Origin: Steroidobacteraceae bacterium
Lineage (GTDB): Bacteria > Pseudomonadota > Gammaproteobacteria > Steroidobacterales > Steroidobacteraceae
Length of the DNA: 39,832 nucleotides
Assembly: GCA_035318305.1 (NCBI GenBank)
Contig: DATHFB010000202.1
Coordinates: 1-39,832, forward strand
Direction of reading: 5' to 3'
The notes beneath the pieces were generated by a model. That model saw only the letters and a list, made by a program, of their open reading frames with translations. It was not told the DNA's origin and did not search any database. This document shows positions 29,239-36,780 of the stretch, one piece after another (within the stretch, counting starts at the first letter, position 1; the number at the start of each line of letters is the position of its first letter). The translations under genes were made by a program, and so were the position numbers.

Positions 29239-30033
29239 ATGAAACGGCAGGCCCTTCTTTTCGTGGTCGCAATTCAATTCTTGACCCGACTGCCGCTGCC
29301 GAATCTCGAGGGGTTTCAGACCAGTTGGCTGTCCGAATCCGCTCGGTATTTTCCGGTGGTCGGTGCCCTAGTGGGAGTGATTGGCGTTGGCGTGTGGTGG
29401 GTGAGCTCGATGGCATTCCCACCGGCCGTCGCGGTCGGATTGATGATGGGCGCCTCGTTGCTCTTGACGGGCGCGTTTCACGAGGATGGCTTCGCCGACG
29501 TTTGCGATGGCTTCGGCGGCGGAAGAACCCGCGACTCAGTGCTCGCCATCATGAAGGATTCTCGAGTCGGCGCCTATGGCGCGATCGGCGTGGCGATGAT
29601 GCTGGGGTTGAAGTGGTCGGTCTTGGCATCTCTGCCCTATGCGGTGTTTCCAGTCATGGTCATTGGCGCACACGGGGTGAGCCGCTGGTGGGCGATAAGC
29701 CTTATTTGGCGCTTACCCTACGTTCGCGTGGATGCGGAGGCCAAGTCAAAGCCGCTCGCCAATAGTTTGAGCGGCGCCGACTGGCTGTTGAGCGGTGTGC
29801 TGGGCGCGCTTATTTTTTCCCCCGCGCTGTTGCTCATCGATCCTGCGGCCCGGTCCCGGTTGACTCTTGCCCTGGTCGCTGCGCTGACTCTGAGCGGATT
29901 CACCACTCTGCTGGCAGCCAAGTATTTCAAAAGCTGGATAGGCGGCTACACCGGAGACTGCTTAGGCGCCACCCAGCAACTTGCGGAGCTCGGTTTTCTC
30001 TTGGCGGCACTCGCTGTTTTTGGAACACGCTGA
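29239..30033 (+). CDS. cobS: Adenosylcobinamide-GDP ribazoletransferase (cobalamin synthase)
   Basis: 264 aa, multi-TM, with FLTRLPLP and FHEDGFADVCDGFGGG. Confidence 0.9.
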   Translation: MKRQALLFVVAIQFLTRLPLPNLEGFQTSWLSESARYFPVVGALVGVIGVGVWWVSSMAFPPAVAVGLMMGASLLLTGAFHEDGFADVCDGFGGGRTRDSVLAIMKDSRVGAYGAIGVAMMLGLKWSVLASLPYAVFPVMVIGAHGVSRWWAISLIWRLPYVRVDAEAKSKPLANSLSGADWLLSGVLGALIFSPALLLIDPAARSRLTLALVAALTLSGFTTLLAAKYFKSWIGGYTGDCLGATQQLAELGFLLAALAVFGTR

Positions 30034-30578
30034 TGCGGATTTATCTGGTGCGACATCCCCCGCCGGTTGGCGTCGATGGCCTTTGCTACGGCCGCCTGGA
30101 CGTACCCGTTGACGAGCGCACTATTGGCGAAGCGGTTGACTCTGTATTCGCCCAGATACCCAGCCAAGTGCGCGAGGGCGCCAGCATCTATTCGAGTCCG
30201 GCCTCGCGGTGTATGGGACTCGCTCGACGAATCGCATCACCACGCGAACCGGCGTCAACAGAAGATTTATCAGAGATGAACTTCGGTGACTGGCAAGGCA
30301 GCCGATGGGATTCCATAGCGCGCGACAAGATCGATGCGTGGGCAAAAGACACTTGGGGTTACCGTCCAGGAGAGGGGGAATCTGCCGAGATGGTCGCAAC
30401 TCGCTGGGAGCGCTGGGTGAGTCACGTACGTCAGCTCGAAAGCGATGCTGTCATCGCGGTCACCCATGCAGGTGTTATTCGCGTCGCGCTGGCTCGCTCG
30501 GCTCCGGTCAATGATTCGTCGGTGCTCAATCTGCACGTCCGGTTTGCCTCGGTTCATTGCCTCGAATTCGGAAAATAG
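30033..30578 (+). CDS. cobC: Alpha-ribazole phosphatase (histidine phosphatase family)
   Basis: 181 aa with RIYLVRHP, EMNFGDWQG and THAGVIR. TGATG overlap with cobS. Confidence 0.75.
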   Translation: MRIYLVRHPPPVGVDGLCYGRLDVPVDERTIGEAVDSVFAQIPSQVREGASIYSSPASRCMGLARRIASPREPASTEDLSEMNFGDWQGSRWDSIARDKIDAWAKDTWGYRPGEGESAEMVATRWERWVSHVRQLESDAVIAVTHAGVIRVALARSAPVNDSSVLNLHVRFASVHCLEFGK

Positions 30579-30580
30579 AT

Positions 30581-31231
30581 ATGGGTGATTTCACACCGGA
30601 AGAAATAGCGACGGTTTACCGCGTAATGGGTATGCGGCGCGATATGCGCCATTTTCTGCCTGATCCGCTCGACGACGCGCTGCTTCGACGATTGTTAGGA
30701 GCGGCGCATATGGCACCCAGCGTCGGTCTCATGCAGCCTTGGCGATTCATCAGAATACGTGATCCCGCGCTGCGGTCCAGCGTTCACGCCCTGGTGGAAG
30801 CTGAACGCATCAAAACTGCGCAGGCGCTCGCTGAACGCGAGGATGAATTCATGCGTCTCAAGGTCGAGGGCATTCTCGAGTGCGGCGAGCTTTTGGTGGC
30901 CGCACTTGCCGACGGCCGCGAAGATCATGTTTTCGGACGGCGAACAATGCCGGAAATGGACTTGGCGTCGGTGGCATGTGCCATACAAAATCTCTGGCTG
31001 GCCGCGCGAGCAGAGAATGTTGGGATGGGGTGGGTCTCGCTGTTCGATCCAGAAGCCCTGCGGGTACTGATCCGCATGCCCGAGGGTAGCCGCCCCGTGG
31101 CAGTTCTTTGTTTGGGATATGTCTCGGCCTTCTACCAAAACCCGATGCTCGAAGAAGCGAAATGGGCTCATCGTTTCGAGCTGGAGCGCATGGTGCACGT
31201 CGACTATTGGACCGACGACCCTAAACTCTAG
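30581..31231 (+). CDS. bluB: 5,6-dimethylbenzimidazole synthase (nitroreductase fold)
   Basis: From the ATG at 30581: MGDFTPEEIATVYRVMGMRRDMRHFLPDP...APSVGLMQPWRF, typical of BluB. It is the last gene of the cluster. Confidence 0.85.
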   Translation: MGDFTPEEIATVYRVMGMRRDMRHFLPDPLDDALLRRLLGAAHMAPSVGLMQPWRFIRIRDPALRSSVHALVEAERIKTAQALAEREDEFMRLKVEGILECGELLVAALADGREDHVFGRRTMPEMDLASVACAIQNLWLAARAENVGMGWVSLFDPEALRVLIRMPEGSRPVAVLCLGYVSAFYQNPMLEEAKWAHRFELERMVHVDYWTDDPKL

Positions 31232-31521
31232 CTTTCGGCAAACGGATCAAAAACCTTGATTCCCTGCCTCTGAAAATCCTTCACGTTCCCCGTAGCGATC
31301 GTCAGGTTGTGGCGGCGCGCGATTGCCGCGATATAGCTGTCTTCAACCGGCATAGGTTTGCCTACCGCTTGTAGCTGGGCCCAGTGAACGGGCAATGGCC
31401 CGCGTGCGCTTGGGCGAAGTGCGCAAACAATTTGACTCCGGACCATGGTCCAGGGTTTATCTTGAGTCCTCTGTTCGGAGTTCCGAAACAGGAGGAGATC
31501 CAGGATTGAATCGCAGAATCT
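31228..31521 (-). pseudogene. Degraded PIN-domain (VapC/FitB-like) toxin remnant
   Basis: The C-terminal 50 aa (GKPMPVEDSYIAAIARRHNLTIATGNVKDFQRQGIKVFDPF) look like a VapC C-terminus. The in-frame upstream sequence (ILDLLLFRNSE) only vaguely resembles the ILDTNVxSE N-terminus. The open frame is about 97 codons against about 130 expected, and the only ATG leaves 72 aa. Confidence 0.5.
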
Positions 31522-31605
31522 CTATCACCATGCCGTTCCTCGGTCGAATGATCCGTAATGAAAAGCCTATTCTCTCATTCGAACCAGAGGTGTACGCTGG
31601 GAGCC

Positions 31606-32007
31606 ATGCGTAAGCGACGCGTAAACAGGGTGATTGCAGCGCTGCTGCTGTTCCAGCTGGCATTTGGCCTGCAGTGGCAAGTGGCGTATGCAATTGTGCT
31701 TTCCCCCGATCTGCAAGCAAGCGGCATCGGCGCGCACTGTCCTGACCATGCAACCAAGAACTCGACGGCTGACAAGGAACCCCGCGCCGCAGCATCAGAG
31801 ATGGCGTCTTCGCAAAACAATGGTCCTGCTCCAAAACACGACTGCTGCGGCTCTCTGGGTTGCCAATGTCATTCTGCCCAAAGCTCAGCGGTGCTGAATT
31901 TATCTCCCGCGAGCGTTGTTCTTTCGTCCCCCTGTCAACTGCCTTTCGCCGACGCGCGACCTCCAATTGCGCGCTTGAATGAGTTTTTTCGCCCTCCCAT
32001 CGCTTGA
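31606..32007 (+). CDS. copL: CopL-like / DUF2946-like Cys-His-rich secreted protein upstream of copA
   Basis: Signal-peptide-like MRKRRVNRVIAALLLFQLAFG, a Cys cluster HDCCGSLGCQCH, and a C-terminal FFRPPIA tail as I recall for CopL. The alternative ATG is at 31558. Confidence 0.5.
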   Translation: MRKRRVNRVIAALLLFQLAFGLQWQVAYAIVLSPDLQASGIGAHCPDHATKNSTADKEPRAAASEMASSQNNGPAPKHDCCGSLGCQCHSAQSSAVLNLSPASVVLSSPCQLPFADARPPIARLNEFFRPPIA

Positions 32008-32209
32008 GTGCTAAGCGCGATCTGCGCTGTGCGAGCAAACACGTTCGTAGTGTGACCGCTTCGAAACACGAAGCGCACTAGCACGTCGATTCATACGGCT
32101 CTAAGCGCTGATAACCGCTAACGCCTACTTGGCCGCGGCATCTGCGTCGACACATCGTGTGCGGCGCGGGTGACCTTGATCACATAAGTCCGATGACCGA
32201 GGAATTGCG

Positions 32210-34003
32210 ATGGTTAGAACTCGATTTCTACCGCCAGCTTTCAATAGCTCCCGACGGCGTTTTGTACAGGGTCTTGCGGGCGGAGCTTTCGCTGTCGCCG
32301 GTGCGCATCGCTTCGGCTGGGCAGCAGCCCCCGACATGGGAGCCGCGGGCGACACAGGCGCGGTCCTGTCCGGAACCGAATTCAATTTGGAGATTGGCGC
32401 ACTGCACGTGAATCTTACGGGTCAGCCGGGAATCGCCACTGCTGTGAACGGACGACTGCCTGCGCCATTGTTGCGCTGGCGCGAAGGCGATGCCATCACG
32501 CTGCGGGTGTCCAATCGGTTGTCGGCGCCGACCTCCATCCATTGGCATGGAATGATTATTCCCGCCGATATGGACGGCGTGCCGGGGTTGAGCTTCAACG
32601 GCATCGGGCCGGGCGAGACCTACGTCTATCACTTCAAAGTCAACCAATCGGGGACTTATTGGTATCACAGTCATTCGCGCTTCCAGGAGCAAACGGGGCT
32701 CTATGGCCCCATCGTGATCGAACCTCGGCGCGGCGAGCGGCACCGCGCAGATCGGGAGCATGTGGTCTTGCTGTCGGAATGGACGGATCTTGATCCCGAA
32801 CGCATTTTCCGAACCCTCAAGCATAAAAGTAACTACTTCAACTTTCACCGGCGTACGGTGAGTGACTTCCTCCGCGATGCGCGCAAGGAAGGCTTGAAGC
32901 CGACGATGGCGGATCGGCTCATGTGGGGACAGATGCGGATGGACCCCACCGATCTGGCGGATGTATCCGGATATGCCTACACCTATCTCATAAACGGCAG
33001 TACGCCGGCGGGTAATTGGACGGGTCTCTTCCGACGCGGGGAGAGAGTACGGCTGCGTTTTATCAATGGCTCATCGATGAGTTTCTTCGATGTGCGCATT
33101 CCGGGACTAAAGTTGACGGTTGTGGCCGCCGACGGACAGGACGTCGATCCCGTCACCGTCGATGAGTTTCGTATTGGAACCGCTGAAGTGTACGACGTGA
33201 TCGTGGAGCCGAAAGACGATCGCGCTTACACGATCTTCGCACAATCACTCGACCGCTCGGGCTATGCCCGCGGCACGCTGGCACCCCAAGCCGGCATGCA
33301 GGCGGACGTGCCGCCGCTTGACCCGAGGCCGCTGCTCACGATGGTTGATATGGGGATGGGTCACGACATGGCCGGCATGAACATGAGTGGAATGGACATG
33401 AGCCGGATGAAAGGAATGGATCACAGCGCCATGGCGATGGAGCATGACATGGGCGCGGTCCCGCATCGCGCGCCCGCCGAGTACGGTCCGAATGTGGATT
33501 CGTTGGCCATAGAACCGCAGAGCCGCCTGGATGATCCGGGCGTGGGCCTGCGCAACAACGGTCGGCGCGTCCTTACCTACTCGGACCTACACACGCTCGG
33601 TGGTCCGATCGATCACCGCAAGGCAGGCCGCGATGTCGAGTTGCATCTCACCGGCCACATGGAACGCTTCATCTGGTCGTTCAGCGGCCAGAAATTCTCG
33701 GAAAGCGAACCCTTGCGATTCAACTATGGCGAGCGTTTGCGCCTGGTGCTGGTGAACGACAGCATGATGCATCACCCCATTCATCTGCACGGTATGTGGG
33801 GCGAAGTCGAGTCGGAGCACGGAGAATTCCTGGTCCGCAAGCACACCATCACCGTGCAACCGGGACAGCGCTTGGCCTATTGGGTCACCGCGGATGCGCT
33901 CGGCCGCTGGGCGTATCACTGCCATCTTCTGTATCACATGGAAGCCGGTATGTTTCGCGAGGTGCATGTCGAGCGTTCCTCCACAGAAGGAGCACCGTCG
34001 TGA
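32210..34003 (+). CDS. copA: Copper-resistance multicopper oxidase CopA (PcoA-like)
   Basis: Tat signal SRRRFVQGLAGGAFAVAGA. Cu-site motifs HWHG, WYHSH, HPIHLHGM and HCHLLYHMEAGM. Met-rich loop MGMGHDMAGMNMSGMDMSRMKGMDHSAMAMEHDM. GAGGAA lies 6 nt before the ATG. Confidence 0.95.
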   Translation: MVRTRFLPPAFNSSRRRFVQGLAGGAFAVAGAHRFGWAAAPDMGAAGDTGAVLSGTEFNLEIGALHVNLTGQPGIATAVNGRLPAPLLRWREGDAITLRVSNRLSAPTSIHWHGMIIPADMDGVPGLSFNGIGPGETYVYHFKVNQSGTYWYHSHSRFQEQTGLYGPIVIEPRRGERHRADREHVVLLSEWTDLDPERIFRTLKHKSNYFNFHRRTVSDFLRDARKEGLKPTMADRLMWGQMRMDPTDLADVSGYAYTYLINGSTPAGNWTGLFRRGERVRLRFINGSSMSFFDVRIPGLKLTVVAADGQDVDPVTVDEFRIGTAEVYDVIVEPKDDRAYTIFAQSLDRSGYARGTLAPQAGMQADVPPLDPRPLLTMVDMGMGHDMAGMNMSGMDMSRMKGMDHSAMAMEHDMGAVPHRAPAEYGPNVDSLAIEPQSRLDDPGVGLRNNGRRVLTYSDLHTLGGPIDHRKAGRDVELHLTGHMERFIWSFSGQKFSESEPLRFNYGERLRLVLVNDSMMHHPIHLHGMWGEVESEHGEFLVRKHTITVQPGQRLAYWVTADALGRWAYHCHLLYHMEAGMFREVHVERSSTEGAPS

Positions 34004-34914
34004 CGCCGCGCCCACGGCTGATTCTGTTCTGCGGTGTCTTCGGGGTCATGGCCGCATCGTTCGCACTCGGTCAGGAGTCACAGGACCCGGCGTCTCACCA
34101 CGATCACAGCTCGTCTCAAGTTTCGGCGCCGCAACCGCCCGCTGCGCCGACGCCTGCTGATGCGCAGACGCCTGCTGATGCGCAGACGCCGAGCGAGGCG
34201 GCTCACGTACCACCTGATCCGCCGCAGCATCCGATGGGTGACATGCCCTATCACGAGATGTCGGCGCTGATGCAAATGGACGACGCGGCGCGTACGGCAA
34301 TGGTGCTCTTTGATCAGCTGGAGTGGCGGAACACCACCGAAGGCAACGCCGTGGCGTGGGATGCGGAGGCGTGGTACGGCGGCGACGTCAACAAGGTCTG
34401 GCTGCGGTCTGAAGGCGAACGTGTCGGCGGCACGACGCAGGGCGCTCGCGCCGATCTGTTGTGGGACCACACGTTCGCGCGCTGGTGGAGCGTGCAGGCG
34501 GGCGGACGCCAGGATTTCGGCACAGGCCCGGGGCGCACTTGGGCTGCAATTGGCGTCCAGGGACTTGCGCCCTATTGGTTCAACACCGAGGCGACATTCT
34601 ACGTCGGTGAGCAAGGACGCACGGCGATGAGACTCAAGTCGGAATACGAACTGCTCTTCACACAGCGGTTGATTTTGCAGCCGGAAGCCGAAGCCAACCT
34701 GTACGGGAAAGCTGATCCCGCGCGTCAGCTGGGCTCTGGCTTGTCCGATCTTGAGATCGGCCTGCGTCTTCGTTACGAAGTGCGGCGCGAGTTTGCTCCC
34801 TACGTCGGAGTCGTGTGGGCGCGCAGTTTCGGGGGAACCGCAGACAGGATACGGGAATCCGGCGGAAACCCAAGCGATGTGCAGTTCGTCGCCGGCCTCC
34901 GCGCTTGGTTTTAG
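34000..34914 (+). CDS. copB: Copper-resistance outer-membrane protein CopB (PcoB-like)
   Basis: The GTG at 34000 overlaps the copA stop (GTGA), 7 nt after GAAGGAG. It has a signal peptide, a His/Met/Pro-rich N-region, and a beta-barrel-like C-terminus ending in RAWF. Confidence 0.85.
   Translation: MTPRPRLILFCGVFGVMAASFALGQESQDPASHHDHSSSQVSAPQPPAAPTPADAQTPADAQTPSEAAHVPPDPPQHPMGDMPYHEMSALMQMDDAARTAMVLFDQLEWRNTTEGNAVAWDAEAWYGGDVNKVWLRSEGERVGGTTQGARADLLWDHTFARWWSVQAGGRQDFGTGPGRTWAAIGVQGLAPYWFNTEATFYVGEQGRTAMRLKSEYELLFTQRLILQPEAEANLYGKADPARQLGSGLSDLEIGLRLRYEVRREFAPYVGVVWARSFGGTADRIRESGGNPSDVQFVAGLRAWF
34150..34190. repeat. 18-bp in-frame tandem repeat (2.3 copies, ACGCCTGCTGATGCGCAG) inside copB
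   Basis: Exact copies at 34150-34167 and 34168-34185, plus a partial third copy. It encodes TPADAQ-TPADAQ-TP. Confidence 0.9.
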
Positions 34915-34997
34915 CGAAAGCATCAACCCCACCTCAATTACACAAAAACCTCAGTTTCTCAGCGTCCTTCAACAACTTAAACATTGGGAGAATGTCC

Positions 34998-35376
34998 ATG
35001 AAAATTCCATCGCTCTTGTCCGGTCTTGCGTTGATCGCATTTGGGTGTGACCGCTAACGCCCACGCTCATCTGCAGAAGTCGACTCCCGCGGATCACAGT
35101 GTGCTCACGACATCACCCCAAAATCTCGAACTGGTTTTCTCAGAACTCGCGCGACTGACTAGCTTATCGGTCCAGAAGGACAAGGAGGAAAAGCAGAATT
35201 TGACATCGTTGCCCACTACCGCCGCGGTGAAGATTTCTGTAGCACTCCCTTCGTTGACACCCGGCGCCTATGAGGTCGTCTGGCGGGTGTTGAGTGATGA
35301 CGGTCATATGATGGCAGGGGTGCTGCACTTCACACTGACCGGTGAGCACGCGGCTGATCATCCGGCACAGCACTGA
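34998..35376 (+). pseudogene. copC: copC (periplasmic copper-binding protein) with a frame disruption between the signal peptide and mature domain
   Basis: The ATG at 34998 (GGGAGA 6 nt upstream) encodes MKIPSLLSGLALIAFG, then stops at 35056-35058. The mature CopC domain (VTANAHA/HLQKSTPADHS...YEVVWRVLSDDGHMMAG) is in the +1 frame from 35041. Confidence 0.75.
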
Positions 35377-35378
35377 AC

Positions 35379-36248
35379 ATGATGCTACAAATGCCGGACG
35401 TGATCTCGGCGATCCTACGGGCGTTGAGCTTCGTCCTGCTGTTCCAAGCAGCCGGAGTCGCGATGTTTGTCGCGATCTTCGGCCGCCGGCTCGATAGCTC
35501 TCGGGGTGCGATTTGTCGCCTGGGACAGGTGGCTGCGTTCGCCGGCATCGTGTTCGTCGCAGGACACTACGCCTTGGAAGCCGCACGAATGGCAGGGGAG
35601 ATGTCCGGCATGTGGAATCCCGCTTTACAAGGGATGGCGTGGAATTCCCCGGGGCGGGCCGCTTTGATCTGTCGGTTGTTCGGTCTGCTGCTCATTGCTG
35701 TGGGGCTTCAGGGTGCGAGCGTTCGCTGGACGATTGTCGCACTCGGCGGAGCGCTGCTCGCCACCAGCGCGTTCACACTCACAGGGCATACAGTGGTGAA
35801 TACCTATCGTGGGGTTCTGGCGGGACTGTTGTTGATTCACCTGCTCGTCGTCGCCTTTTGGTTCGGTGCGTTGTGGCCGTTGTACATCGCGAGCTTGCGG
35901 GAGACACCTGCCCGGGCCGCTGACCTCGTCAAACGATTCACAGCCGTCGCGACTTGGCTCGTGCCGGTGATTTTGTTGGTCGGAATTGCCATGGCACTTT
36001 GGTTGCTTCCAAATCTTTCTGCGTTAAGCGAGCCCTACGGGGAGTTGCTCATCGCCAAAGTCATCGGCTTCGCCCTCCTGATGGGGCTTGCCGCCGCGAA
36101 TAAGTGGCGGCTCGGCCCCGCCCTGGTCCAGGGAGCGGTGCAAAGTGGGCGGTGGTTTCGCCGCTCGGTGGCCGTCGAGTATGTCCTGATCGCTGCGGTG
36201 CTTACGATCACCGCTGTCATGACGTCCTTCTTTTCCCCCGAAGCATGA
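35379..36248 (+). CDS. copD: Copper-resistance inner-membrane protein CopD
   Basis: 289 aa, about 8 TM. It lies immediately after copC, as in copABCD operons. Confidence 0.85.
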   Translation: MMLQMPDVISAILRALSFVLLFQAAGVAMFVAIFGRRLDSSRGAICRLGQVAAFAGIVFVAGHYALEAARMAGEMSGMWNPALQGMAWNSPGRAALICRLFGLLLIAVGLQGASVRWTIVALGGALLATSAFTLTGHTVVNTYRGVLAGLLLIHLLVVAFWFGALWPLYIASLRETPARAADLVKRFTAVATWLVPVILLVGIAMALWLLPNLSALSEPYGELLIAKVIGFALLMGLAAANKWRLGPALVQGAVQSGRWFRRSVAVEYVLIAAVLTITAVMTSFFSPEA

Positions 36249-36320
36249 GGCCGCAGCGCGAGCAGCGATCCTCGCTTCGCAGTGCAGCGACTGCGCAATT
36301 CTGATGTTGGGGGGTCATGC

Positions 36321-36352
36321 TTGACTCTGGACCTGAGTCCTGGGTTTATGCT
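36321..36352 (+). promoter_or_regulatory. MerR-type (CueR) promoter/operator with an over-long spacer
   Basis: TTGACT (36321-36326), 20-nt spacer, TATGCT (36347-36352). The spacer contains the imperfect dyad ACTCTGGAC-CTGA-GTCCTGGGT. The region ends 27 nt upstream of the cueR ATG. Confidence 0.6.
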
Positions 36353-36378
36353 GGCCGTGGAATCTGGAGGAATGAGCG

Positions 36379-36777
36379 ATGGAAGCATTGGGAATCGGTC
36401 AACTGGCCAAGCGCGGCGGCGTCGGTATCGACACGGTGCGTTACTACGAACGCAATGGGCTTCTCGCGCCGCGCACCAGGCTGGCGTCTGGATATCGGCG
36501 CTATAGCGAGCTTGAACTCTCGCGGCTGCGCTTCATCCGTCGCGCGCAGGCGCTCGGCTTCACGCTGAAGGAGATAAAGGAATTGCTCGCGCTGTCGGCG
36601 CAGCGTGATGTCTCACGCGTCAAGCGCTCCGCGCAAGCAAAGCTGCTGGACGTGAAATCGCGCATCGCAGCACTTGAACGCATCCGGGACGGACTCACGA
36701 CGCTCATCGACGCCTGCCCAGGGCACGGTCGAGCAGCGGACTGTCCGATCCTGCGAACGCTGAACGATGAGGAATGA
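36379..36777 (+). CDS. cueR: MerR-family Cu(I)-responsive transcriptional regulator (CueR/HmrR-like)
   Basis: 132 aa. HTH motif IGQLAKRGGVGIDTVRYYERNGLL and C-terminal metal loop CPGHGRAADCPIL. GGAGG lies 8 nt before the ATG. Confidence 0.85.
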   Translation: MEALGIGQLAKRGGVGIDTVRYYERNGLLAPRTRLASGYRRYSELELSRLRFIRRAQALGFTLKEIKELLALSAQRDVSRVKRSAQAKLLDVKSRIAALERIRDGLTTLIDACPGHGRAADCPILRTLNDEE

Positions 36778-36780
36778 GAT

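Noticed and set aside
31463-31497. Imperfect inverted repeat CTCTGTTCGGA-GT-TCCGAAACAGGAG upstream of copL, considered as a MerR/CopR operator or terminator
   Set aside because: There is no appropriately spaced -35/-10 pair and no T-tract on either strand. It also lies within the decayed PIN-toxin reading frame, so its origin is ambiguous.
31541-31567. Possible imperfect direct repeat flanking the copper module: CGGTCGAATGATCCGTAATGAAAAGCC versus 39449-39478 CGGTTCGAATTACCATCCGTTACAAAAACC
   Set aside because: By hand alignment it gives only about 22 matches over 31 columns with several gaps, which is within chance expectation for the search space. No integrase or transposase is present to give it meaning. 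It deserves only a computational repeat search.
32008-32209. copL-copA spacer scanned for a MerR-type long-spacer promoter or CopR box
   Set aside because: No TTGAC-19/20-TAnnnT arrangement or convincing direct or inverted repeat was found by eye. The regulatory site remains unassigned.
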